DNA of 64,000 nucleotides from a virus, in IMG/VR virus record IMGVR_UViG_3300031949_000350, positions 1-64,000 of that record. The stretch is one strand, 5' to 3'. The position numbers were made by a program, and so were the translations under genes. This document shows positions 39,808 to 48,532 of this stretch, piece after piece. The notes under the pieces are model-generated. The model made no database searches, was not told the DNA's origin, and saw only the letters and a program-made list of their open reading frames with translations. Within the stretch, counting starts at the first letter, position 1; each line of letters starts with the position of its first letter.

Positions 39808-40492
39808 CATGCACACAGGAGTCAAAGCCTCCGTTCTCGATCATGGTTATGTTCAACTCTACGACTACATGGGGGACGATCTGAGGATCGTGAACAACGC
39901 CCGGCAGTCATTCGGGCAGTCATCGGTCGAGTTCGGAGAGAAGGAAGAGGGGTTGATCAACTTCCTGATGAAGAACCGCCACGGCACTCCGTTCGAGGCT
40001 GTGGTATATCAGTTCAATGTGAAGTGCCCGATCTTCGTGGCCCGGGAGTGGTTCCGACATCGCATCGGTAGCTTCAATGAGTACAGCGGGCGCTACTCCA
40101 AGATGATCAATGAGTTCTACATACCCGAGAACGTTCGCACTCAGACTGGTAAGCCTGGAGCCTACAAGTTCGGTCCCATCGATGACGGGTCGGAGGCTTG
40201 GTTCAAGAGCGAGCTATATGCCTCTTGCGGCAATGCCTTCATCCTCTACGAAAATGCTCTGAAGGCCGGAGTCGCAAAGGAGCTTGCCAGACTCGTGCTT
40301 CCGGTGAATATCTACACACAGTTCACTTGGACTGTGAACCTTCGCTCCCTGCTCAACTTCGTCAGCCTACGCAGCGCTGAGAACGCCATGTACGAGATTC
40401 GGCGCTACTCGTTGACCATCGAGAACATGATCCACGAGACAGTGCCTTCGGCCTACAAGGCGTTCGTGGCAAATGGAGGTGAAGCACCGTGA
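39797..40492 (+). CDS. thyX: FAD-dependent thymidylate synthase
   Basis: HGTPFE, REWFRHR...NEYSGRY and NLRSLLNFVSLR motifs. Confidence 0.96.
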   Translation: MMPNMHTGVKASVLDHGYVQLYDYMGDDLRIVNNARQSFGQSSVEFGEKEEGLINFLMKNRHGTPFEAVVYQFNVKCPIFVAREWFRHRIGSFNEYSGRYSKMINEFYIPENVRTQTGKPGAYKFGPIDDGSEAWFKSELYASCGNAFILYENALKAGVAKELARLVLPVNIYTQFTWTVNLRSLLNFVSLRSAENAMYEIRRYSLTIENMIHETVPSAYKAFVANGGEAP

Positions 40493-40676
40493 TGGCATAC
40501 GATATCGTTCGAGTCATGCGTGATCTTACAGATGCGTGCAAGCAGTATGAGATTTCAGATCTCAACTGCTCTCGTATGCTCCCACAGCACGCAGAAGAAG
40601 TGATGCTGGAATTTGAGAGGTTTGTTAAACTGATCACCCAAATGCAGGGTGAAATTAAAGAAAGGAAATAGTACAC

Positions 40677-40895
40677 ATGACGAATGATGAAATTCTTAAT
40701 CGATTCACTTATCACAAAGCTAGCCCTGAGGGGACTGTTAAGCATCATGAGCTTTCCAGGTTATTCGTTGAGCTTGCCAGTCAAGTTGATCTGCTCTGCC
40801 CGGACGGGCGGGAGAAGTCGCTGACCTTCACGGCGCTTCAGGAGGCCAAGATGTGGGCGAGCGCGGCGGTTGCTTGCAACCCCAAGACGTGCTAG
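40677..40895 (+). CDS. Acb2/Tad1-like helical-hairpin protein (candidate anti-defence sponge)
   Basis: NRFTYH...CPDGREKSL..TALQEAKMWASAAVA. Confidence 0.6.
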   Translation: MTNDEILNRFTYHKASPEGTVKHHELSRLFVELASQVDLLCPDGREKSLTFTALQEAKMWASAAVACNPKTC

Positions 40896-40929
40896 TTAGT
40901 ATAAACTAGCCGGACGGCATCTTTCGACA

Positions 40930-40949
40930 GACGGTATTATCTAAGTAGA
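40930..40949 (+). promoter_or_regulatory. Conserved phage promoter-like motif, copy 4
   Basis: GACGGTATTATCTAAGTAGA, intergenic; preceded by a small inverted repeat at 40891-40910. Confidence 0.65.
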
Positions 40950-40991
40950 GGCGGTTTCAGTAGCAGGAGCTATTAAACAAAGGAGACGAAT

Positions 40992-41198
40992 ATGGCTAAT
41001 TTCACTGTTGGTGAGCGTGTGTTCATCGAGTCGGGAGTTCCGAAGCGGTATCTCGACCGTACCGGTGTGATCACTGGTACCGTTCCCCGCGGCCGTGGCG
41101 TTCAGTACACGGTTGCTTTTCCGGGTCGCCGCGTTCGCGATTTCCGGGTGTCTGGTGCTAACCTTACGCGAGCGATCAAACAGTATTTTGCCGCTTGA
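40992..41198 (+). CDS. Small basic KOW/SH3-like protein
   Basis: AAGGAG RBS; FTVGERVFIESG...YLDRTGVI KOW-like pattern; Arg-rich; ends in YFAA. Confidence 0.65.
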   Translation: MANFTVGERVFIESGVPKRYLDRTGVITGTVPRGRGVQYTVAFPGRRVRDFRVSGANLTRAIKQYFAA

Positions 41199-41199
41199 T

Positions 41200-41470
41200 T
41201 TAAAGTATAGGGAAAGCCGCCTTCAGGCTTGACTGGTAGGAGAGACTGCCACTTCTTGGCATAGGCCAAACAGCAACGGACCACCGGAAGGGAAACTGCT
41301 GGATCGTGTCCCGAAAGGGCCGCCTACTTAGAGCGCGCTGCGGAGCAGGACGACACTTACTGAACTTACACGGTCTGGTCTATGCCAAGAAGTGGTTGGG
41401 TAAAGCAATGCCAACACGCGGGTTTCAATGGCGTTTCGAGTAGCAACGCAAATTCCCAGGCTACCGAACA
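41200..41470 (+). ncRNA. Unidentified structured ncRNA
   Basis: 21-bp stem 41248-41268/41376-41396 with two G-U pairs, a GAAA-tetraloop hairpin at 41308-41320 and several further hairpins, in a 300-nt gap. Confidence 0.6.
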
Positions 41471-41496
41471 CTTCTAATTTCAAAGGGAGGATCAAT

Positions 41497-42072
41497 ATGA
41501 TTCGTAGTGGACTCAAGATTGGCTTCATGGGTGCGGGTGGTACTGGCAAGACGACCACTGCGAAGGTGGTAAGCGAGACTCTCAACGTACCGACCATCAA
41601 GTCAGCGAGCCGGGCTGTCTATGAACAGGACAATCTCTCTGAAGAGAAGTGCATGGCTCTTGATAATGTGGGCAAATACGAACTTCAGTTCCGCATCTTC
41701 GGGATGAAGACAGAGCTTGATAAGCAGACTTTCGCGTTTGTGGCAGACCGCACACTCCTTGATCATTGGGCGTACTGCCTGATGTACTGCGGGTCATTTA
41801 TCCCAAATGATGAATACACCCAGTTTGAAGAGAACGTGCGCGTTCATATGCGCTCAACCTACACTCATCTCTTCTACTTCCCCTTCGGCTACTGGTTCCC
41901 TGAGAAGGGCGATGGTGTGCGACAGGATCATTACTCGTGGCAGAGCGCCATCGACGCGATCATTCTCGGCTACATTCACCGTTGGCGGCTACCAGTGACG
42001 GAAGTGAAGCAGAATAGCGGGGCGCTCGCGCGAAACGAGTTCGTTCTGAACACGATTCGGAGGACCATGTGA
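41497..42072 (+). CDS. P-loop kinase (NadR/AAA_28 or dNMP-kinase-like)
   Basis: GAGGTGKTT, ADRTLLD..AY and DGVR motifs; GGAGG RBS. Confidence 0.8.
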   Translation: MIRSGLKIGFMGAGGTGKTTTAKVVSETLNVPTIKSASRAVYEQDNLSEEKCMALDNVGKYELQFRIFGMKTELDKQTFAFVADRTLLDHWAYCLMYCGSFIPNDEYTQFEENVRVHMRSTYTHLFYFPFGYWFPEKGDGVRQDHYSWQSAIDAIILGYIHRWRLPVTEVKQNSGALARNEFVLNTIRRTM

Positions 42073-42395
42073 AAAGGCTATTGGCAGTCTGCTTACTCTG
42101 CCTGCTTAGCACAGGCTGTAGCACCGGCTACCAGAAGACTATCCTTCTCAGTGAGAACGATGCGGAAGAATGCAAGCCCCAGTTCTACCGAAGTGCCCGT
42201 AAGTATGTCCACATCAACTTATACAGCAGGAAGAGCCTATTGATCGGAGTCCATGAGTTCCCTGTCTGGCTTGAGCTTGGGCGAATCGTGAGAGGGGCTA
42301 GCGTCCCTACCAATCGTGATAGATTCCTCGGAGAGAAGCCCAAGAAGATGTGGGGAGCCAAGATCGTCATCCCCTACAAGGAGCCTACGCTATGA
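42069..42395 (+). CDS. Putative lipoprotein
   Basis: MKRLLAVCLLCLLSTGC lipobox-like signal. Confidence 0.55.
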   Translation: MKRLLAVCLLCLLSTGCSTGYQKTILLSENDAEECKPQFYRSARKYVHINLYSRKSLLIGVHEFPVWLELGRIVRGASVPTNRDRFLGEKPKKMWGAKIVIPYKEPTL

Positions 42396-42545
42396 AGGCA
42401 TACAACTTCCAACTGCTGGTCATTCCTCCGAACGGTATGACCGAGGAACAGATCACGGAGCAATTTGATCTGATCTTTGACAAGCTCGCCGAGGAGAAGG
42501 GCATTCTTGTCGTCTCTAGCTTCCTAAATGAAATCGAGGCCACCA

Positions 42546-45500
42546 ATGCCCTTTAACAAGAACGGAATTTGGATCGACCCCACGGCAAAGGATCTCGATG
42601 AGTTCCGGCGTCAGCTTACCGAGAAGGAGGCGGTGACGACAGAGATCACTCCGAACATTGTCAAGGCCCTCACGACGGGTCTGGCCGAAAGCCAGACTTC
42701 CGAGGGCAATGAGGCGCTCTTCAGCGCCATCAGTCGCCTTCAGGGTCCGGTGGACGTAGTCATCCCCGTCTATGCCGGGCTTCATGTCGTCAAGCCGTGC
42801 ATCGACGCTCTCCGAGCCAGGACAGACTGGCCGTATCAGCTTATTGTAGTTGATGACGCATCCCCGGACCCCGTGACGAAGGAGTACCTTACTCGACTGA
42901 AGGATGAGGGTGCGAAGGTACTGTTCAACAACAACAACCGCGGCTTCGCGGCTACGGTCAACCGTGGCGTGGCAGCCGGCGAGAACCCATACGTCGTGGT
43001 GCTGAATTCCGACACATTGGTGACCGAGAACTGGCTTACCAAGATGCTGATCGCGCTGGAGTCAGATCCCGCCAACATGATCTGCAATCCGGCGACGAAC
43101 AACACGGCTATGATCAATGTCAACATGTATACGGGTCAGAACTACCTTGACATGGCCCGTGCAATGGACAAGCTCCGCGGCATCAAGTACCCTGAGCTTA
43201 TGCCGACTGGATTCTGCTTCATGTTCCGCCGTGCCCTGTGGAATGTGGTCGGCCCGTTTGACGAGGCATACGTCTCCTACGGCGAGGAGTCCGATTTCTG
43301 GTTCAAGACGATCCGCCTCGTGGATGAGGAAGGATTCATGCTCAACTACAAGGCGGTGCTGGCGGACAATGCCTATGTCTACCACGAGCGCGGGACCAGC
43401 TTCAGTCAGCTTGGTGCAGTCAACCATAAGAAGCAGCGAGACGCAGGCAGCGCGCGCTTCAAGGTTCTCCATCCTCAGTTCGGTGAGTGGGTGAAGGGAT
43501 ATAAGGTGGACGAGGCGGTGGGCCATCTCCGCAACGGCATTCCGCCCACAGCGTTCAAACATACCTTCAAAGGCAACGTAGCGTGGGTCGTGAAGTCGGC
43601 TGGCCCTTGTGGTGGCATGTACTTCATCGCCGATATCATCAATCAGATGATCGAGGATGGCTATAATGTCAAGCTCTGCGTAATCAATGAGCTTCAATCC
43701 GAGGAACTTCCGGTGGTGGGCAACCTTCATTGTCAGCCCATTCACTTCTCCTCCGTTGATGATTTCGTGGCTACGTTCGAGAGTCGATGCTTCAGTGAGG
43801 GTACACTGCTGGCTGCTGTGACGGAGCTTACCCCTGCCGTCTACCGAGTGCATAACCGCAATCCCAAAATCCAGATCTTCAATCATGTTCAGAGTTGGGA
43901 TGTGGATCTCGCCAACTTCATTGGGAAGCCCGAGCTTGCCGCGGAATTTGTTGAATCCTACAAGCGAGTTCCCAACATCGTCTGCTCTATGTGGGTAGCC
44001 GATAAGGTGATTGAAGTAGAGGGAGAGGTGGCCGGCGTAGTGCGTCCTGGCGTGAATCCTCTGCTCTTCCATAGTCGATACCGAGAGAAGCATGATGATC
44101 GATTCACGGTCGGTGTGCTTCTTCTTCAGAATTATCCTTTCAAGGGCTTCAACCGTGGGGCCGAGTATTGCAAGAAGCTGATCGAGATCGCTCGTGATAG
44201 CGGTAAAGAGATCAAAGTCGTAGGCATCGGTATTGATGCTATGATAAGTGTTCCTGGTGTGACTTGCATCGGGTCACTCAGTCTGAGTAAGATGGCTGAC
44301 GTGATGGGTAACGAGATCGATGTGTTCGTGGACCCGGCGGATCTTCACTCCTACGGACTCCCGGCACTTGAGGCGCTCGTATCAGGATGCAAGGCCATCA
44401 CGTTCCAGAACAAGGGTGTCTATGAGTACGCCATGAACTGGGGAGATCGGATCTATATCGCTAATGATGTGGACGACGCTGTCGAAGCTACGATGGGCTT
44501 CTTTGAGAAGAAGATCAATCGGACGGTCACCCGAGAGCAAGTAGCACTGCATAGTCGGGCGGAAGCGGTGGATAAATTTATTCAGGCTGTATTCCCGCCC
44601 CCGGTTGAGTCCAAGAGCGTGAGAATTGAAGTCGTTACCCCGCATCTTCGTAAGCATGGAGGCCCGACTACGAACATCGCGCTGGCTAACAACTTGATTG
44701 AACTGGGTCACAACGTGACGATAAGCATGATCCACACGGACTGGAACCCGGAAGTCTTCAGCATGTCGAAGGCACGGGTGCGGACGAAATGGGACAAGGT
44801 ACCCAGCGACGCCAAGGCGGTTATCATCAACTCCGACAATCCGTATGCGGAGAAGATCATGACCGAGAACCCAGGGCGCAAGTATATCATGTACAAGCTC
44901 TCCCACAACGCGCGCTTCAAGATCGAGGAGTCGAATAACCTCAATCTACCGTGGGACCACATCATCACGAGCACTCAATGGCTCAAAGATGCTTGCCATA
45001 CGCTGCTGCCAGAGTGGGAGCACAAGACGTGGCCGGATGAGAAGGTCACTGTCGTGGGTTGGTATCACTATGGGCACCCGATCTTCAACTGCGATCCGCA
45101 CAACCGGAACTATGGAGATACGACTTCCGGCTTCCGAGTGGCGACGCTGATCCACGGGCACCCGCTCAAGGGTAGCGAGAACGCGGTGGCGGCTATGACC
45201 GGAGTGAAGAAGAAGTACGGTAACTACTTCCACCCGGTCGGCATCGGTGAGGTGCCGAAGACGAAGCTCCCCCAGTTCATGCAGTACATCCTCTCTCCCA
45301 ACCGTCAGGATCTCGCGCACGTCTTCCGTCAAGTGGACATCTGGTTCGGTGCGAGCCACACGGAGGGCCTTGGGCGGCTGGCGCTTGAGGCGATGAGTTC
45401 TGGGACCGCGGTCATCACGACTGACACTGGTGCCGAGTTCATGAAGCACGAGGAGAACTGCCTACTCTATCCGGTTGGGAATCCACAAGCCGGCGCTGAG

Positions 45501-45647
45501 GCGATTGACCGGCTGATCAATGACCGCAAGCTGATGACCAAGGTCGTGATCAATGGTTATTCGACTGCGAAGCTGGCGGCTAGCCCTGAGCCCTTCAAGG
45601 CCAAGGTGAACAAAGTGATTCTGGAGGTTATAGATGAAAAAGTGTAG
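42546..45647 (+). CDS. Multidomain glycosyltransferase (GT2 plus two GT-B/GT4-like domains)
   Basis: VVIPVY, VDDAS, GFAATVNRG, LNSD; then GG...KG...YGLPALEALVSG; then HGG...KG...EGLGRLALEAMSSG. Confidence 0.9.
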   Translation: MPFNKNGIWIDPTAKDLDEFRRQLTEKEAVTTEITPNIVKALTTGLAESQTSEGNEALFSAISRLQGPVDVVIPVYAGLHVVKPCIDALRARTDWPYQLIVVDDASPDPVTKEYLTRLKDEGAKVLFNNNNRGFAATVNRGVAAGENPYVVVLNSDTLVTENWLTKMLIALESDPANMICNPATNNTAMINVNMYTGQNYLDMARAMDKLRGIKYPELMPTGFCFMFRRALWNVVGPFDEAYVSYGEESDFWFKTIRLVDEEGFMLNYKAVLADNAYVYHERGTSFSQLGAVNHKKQRDAGSARFKVLHPQFGEWVKGYKVDEAVGHLRNGIPPTAFKHTFKGNVAWVVKSAGPCGGMYFIADIINQMIEDGYNVKLCVINELQSEELPVVGNLHCQPIHFSSVDDFVATFESRCFSEGTLLAAVTELTPAVYRVHNRNPKIQIFNHVQSWDVDLANFIGKPELAAEFVESYKRVPNIVCSMWVADKVIEVEGEVAGVVRPGVNPLLFHSRYREKHDDRFTVGVLLLQNYPFKGFNRGAEYCKKLIEIARDSGKEIKVVGIGIDAMISVPGVTCIGSLSLSKMADVMGNEIDVFVDPADLHSYGLPALEALVSGCKAITFQNKGVYEYAMNWGDRIYIANDVDDAVEATMGFFEKKINRTVTREQVALHSRAEAVDKFIQAVFPPPVESKSVRIEVVTPHLRKHGGPTTNIALANNLIELGHNVTISMIHTDWNPEVFSMSKARVRTKWDKVPSDAKAVIINSDNPYAEKIMTENPGRKYIMYKLSHNARFKIEESNNLNLPWDHIITSTQWLKDACHTLLPEWEHKTWPDEKVTVVGWYHYGHPIFNCDPHNRNYGDTTSGFRVATLIHGHPLKGSENAVAAMTGVKKKYGNYFHPVGIGEVPKTKLPQFMQYILSPNRQDLAHVFRQVDIWFGASHTEGLGRLALEAMSSGTAVITTDTGAEFMKHEENCLLYPVGNPQAGAEAIDRLINDRKLMTKVVINGYSTAKLAASPEPFKAKVNKVILEVIDEKV

Positions 45648-46065
45648 CAGATGTCAAATAGAGAAAGAACTCACTGAGTTCTCAAAAGATAAGAGACTAG
45701 CTAGCGGGATCGGGGCTCAATGTAAACAATGCGTAAATGAACGTCATGGAATATGGTATGAAGCTAATAAAGATTTAGCTTTTACTCTTACCAAAGACTG
45801 GCAGAAGCGTAATCCTGATAAAGTGAAATACTATTCGCGTACAAGAGATTTACGCAGATATGGGCTTGAAAGATCTGACTTTGAGAATATGTTAGACCTT
45901 CAAGAAGGTAAATGCAATGTTTGTTTAAAAGAATTTCTTTCAACTCCGTGTGTAGAGCATTGTCATAAAACTAAGAAAGTAAGAGGATTGGTGTGTAAAC
46001 ACTGTAATACTAGTCTGGCTTGGTTTGAAAAGAATAAAGAAAGGATCATGGATCATGTCATTTAA
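45634..46065 (+). CDS. Endonuclease VII-like nuclease
   Basis: KKCSRC..EK...F, RYGL, CNVC, EHCH...VRGLVCKHCN; very AT-rich. Confidence 0.88.
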   Translation: MKKCSRCQIEKELTEFSKDKRLASGIGAQCKQCVNERHGIWYEANKDLAFTLTKDWQKRNPDKVKYYSRTRDLRRYGLERSDFENMLDLQEGKCNVCLKEFLSTPCVEHCHKTKKVRGLVCKHCNTSLAWFEKNKERIMDHVI

Positions 46066-46804
46066 AATCCGCCGTGGCGTAGGAATCGCCCACTACAATC
46101 GACTCGACACTCTGGACACTATCGTCAAGGCAGTCCTTGATACGGTGCCGGAAGATTGCCGTGTGGTCATCGCCGACGACGGATCTGAGGGTGATGTTGC
46201 CAAGGTGGCACGAGAGAATAATGTGATTCTTATTCAGGGTCCGAACGCTGGTGTGGCGGCCAATAAGAATCGAGTGCTTTGGGCATTACAAGACACGCAC
46301 TTCATCACAATCCTTGAGGATGATCTGATGCCCATTGAGAGGGGGTGGTTCGAGGCTTATGAGCAGGCAGCGACACTTTCAGGCATTCATCACTTCTGTC
46401 GCGTACAGAGGCGCATGGTTGCGGAAGCAATTCCTTCGTTCACTACCTTCATGGCTAGCCACAATTACACTCCTGCTTATGGTCCTAGTCCCCGGGGTGA
46501 TTTTACTTTTCTTACTAGTGCTGTTATCGCTCGTGTTGGTGGATTCAACCCGCGCTTTCGCGGAGCGGGCTATGCGCACGGAGAGTGGAGTAATCGGGTT
46601 CATCGGGCGGGTCTTATCCCGCATCCGAACAAGTGGGTGGACATCGCGGAAGCGGGGCTGAAGTTCAAGCAGATTGGCGACACGGTCGGCGGGCGCTGGG
46701 TTCAGGATGAGGCCGCCATCAAGCGGCAGATCAACCGCAACAAGACGGTCTACAAGGAGCTTCAGAAGCTAGACTATACCTACCATCCCCTGGTGCTTGA
46801 ATGA
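46055..46804 (+). CDS. GT2 glycosyltransferase
   Basis: HYNR, IADDGS, GVAANKN, LEDD and VGGF motifs. Confidence 0.85.
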   Translation: MSFKIRRGVGIAHYNRLDTLDTIVKAVLDTVPEDCRVVIADDGSEGDVAKVARENNVILIQGPNAGVAANKNRVLWALQDTHFITILEDDLMPIERGWFEAYEQAATLSGIHHFCRVQRRMVAEAIPSFTTFMASHNYTPAYGPSPRGDFTFLTSAVIARVGGFNPRFRGAGYAHGEWSNRVHRAGLIPHPNKWVDIAEAGLKFKQIGDTVGGRWVQDEAAIKRQINRNKTVYKELQKLDYTYHPLVLE

Positions 46805-46933
46805 GCAATCTACCCTCCATCTTTACATACAATGATGCCACGGTAGAGATCAGATTCACAGATACTCATGTAGAAGTATCGGTGTTTATAGGTGATAGAG
46901 AGCTACGATCAAGAGCACCTATTCCGAGGAGCA

Positions 46934-47530
46934 ATGATGCAGAGTGAAGAAAAGGAGCCGTTCGTTATTCGCCTCGGTGACAATCTGTTCACTTGGGTAG
47001 ACCAAGAGGATTCCTGTCTGGCTGGTATGGGCTGGACCGCGAAACAGAGCGGTAGGAAGGGTATCCCCCACTACTATGCAGAAAATATCACAAAGATTGC
47101 CGGTCAGGTCTTCCGTCATAATCTACATACACTGGTTTGGGAGCGCATGATGGAGGCTCAGCTTCCCCCGAACTTCCTCGTAGATCATATCAACGGAGAC
47201 AAGCTCGACAACCGGAGGAGCAACCTACGGCTCGCTACCCGGAGCGATAACGAGGGCAACAAGCGCAAGCGCAGGAGCCACAAGAAGAAGGACGGCACCA
47301 CGGACACGAGTTCCAAGTACAAAGGCGTCACCCAGATCAAGGATGGGCGAAAGAAGTGCTGGCGTGCTATCATCTCTACGAACGCCAACAACATGGGCAA
47401 GACGAAGCAAGTCAACCTCGGCACCTACTACTCTGAGCGGGAAGCCGCTGAGGCGTACAACAAGGCGGCCCTTGAACAATTCGGGGAGTTCGCGCTGATC
47501 AATGAATTCGAGGAGGATGAGAATGTCTGA
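46934..47530 (+). CDS. HNH-AP2 endonuclease
   Basis: VDHINGDKLDNRRSNLR, SKYKGV, LGTY..EREAAEAYN...GEFA. Confidence 0.9.
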   Translation: MMQSEEKEPFVIRLGDNLFTWVDQEDSCLAGMGWTAKQSGRKGIPHYYAENITKIAGQVFRHNLHTLVWERMMEAQLPPNFLVDHINGDKLDNRRSNLRLATRSDNEGNKRKRRSHKKKDGTTDTSSKYKGVTQIKDGRKKCWRAIISTNANNMGKTKQVNLGTYYSEREAAEAYNKAALEQFGEFALINEFEEDENV

Positions 47531-48329
47531 CGAAGTGACGCTTGAGCCTACTACCGAGGTGACCCTTCTCCCCGACGAGATCGTCTGGGATGTGGAGAAG
47601 CCCGAGATGGAACTTGACTTGATCGTCTGGCCTGAGCCGTTCCTTCGCTACAATGCCGCCCCCTTCACGGAGGAGCAGATCAAGTCTGAACTCGTCCGCA
47701 ATGTGACGGGTGCTATGATCCGGGCCATGTACCGCTACAGGGGTGTGGGGCTCGCCGCGGAGCAAGTGGGCGTGCCGCAGTCGGTCATCGTGATCGATTC
47801 CGAATACCTCAAGACCGAGAAGAAGAACCCCAAGGTCTTCTACAACCCAGTGATCGTGGGTGAGGATGGTGGCGTAGTTGAGGTGGAGCATCCTGGCGAG
47901 GGCTGTCTGTCACTCCCCTACGGCTACTACCAGCCGGTGTCACGCGCCAAGCGAATCGAGCTTGAGTGGCTGGACCACAAGGGTGAGTTCCACACGGAGT
48001 GGTTCGATGGTATGGAGGCGATCATCCTTCAGCATGAAGTGGACCATCTCTACGGCACGCTCTTCGTGGATCGGCTGAGCCGTGTCAAGCGCGATATGTT
48101 CAAGCGTCGCGCTCGCAAGGTTCGGAGACAGATCGAGAACCAATACAAGCGGCGGCTGAGTGAACTGAAGAATGCGCCGCGCACGCACGCCTTCAATCTG
48201 GAGCGGGCGCGGAAGTGGGAGATCAAAGTTCAAGGGAGGAAGACAAATGAAAATCGGAACGATACTGCACGAGAAGGTGATGTGGATCTGGGTGTTGCCG
48301 CAGGGCTGCTCGGAGAAGCTCTGGTTTAG
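47523..48329 (+). CDS. def: Peptide deformylase
   Basis: GVGLAAEQVG, EGCLS and QHEVDHL motifs; long basic C-terminal extension. Confidence 0.93.
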   Translation: MSDEVTLEPTTEVTLLPDEIVWDVEKPEMELDLIVWPEPFLRYNAAPFTEEQIKSELVRNVTGAMIRAMYRYRGVGLAAEQVGVPQSVIVIDSEYLKTEKKNPKVFYNPVIVGEDGGVVEVEHPGEGCLSLPYGYYQPVSRAKRIELEWLDHKGEFHTEWFDGMEAIILQHEVDHLYGTLFVDRLSRVKRDMFKRRARKVRRQIENQYKRRLSELKNAPRTHAFNLERARKWEIKVQGRKTNENRNDTAREGDVDLGVAAGLLGEALV

Positions 48330-48531
48330 GTGTGATACGGCCAATGAGTTTGCAGGCGCTCAACAGTTCTTCTACGCCAATGTGGAAAATCAGTTCTGCA
48401 AGCAAATCGCGAAGGACAGGAAAGTCATGTATGAGCTTGGGTGGAAGGACGCCAAGAGCAAGAAGCCGAAGAAGGATACATTCAGCGGATGCTTGAATAC
48501 GGCCGATGAAAGCGTGGCGTGGACGGAGTAA
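48247..48531 (+). CDS. Hypothetical protein
   Basis: GGAGG RBS; overlaps the def 3' end. Confidence 0.5.
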   Translation: MKIGTILHEKVMWIWVLPQGCSEKLWFRCDTANEFAGAQQFFYANVENQFCKQIAKDRKVMYELGWKDAKSKKPKKDTFSGCLNTADESVAWTE

Positions 48532-48532
48532 C

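Noticed and set aside
8490-40949. Repeated motif as CRISPR repeat or att site
   Set aside because: Copies are kilobases apart, not regularly spaced, always precede genes, and no cas or integrase gene is present.
41200-41470. Identification as tmRNA, SRP RNA, RNase P, cobalamin riboswitch or retron ncRNA
   Set aside because: Only short fragments resemble these (CCGGAAGG, GGAAAGCC, GAGACTGCC, CGCGGGTT); order and spacing do not fit, and no reverse transcriptase is in the window.
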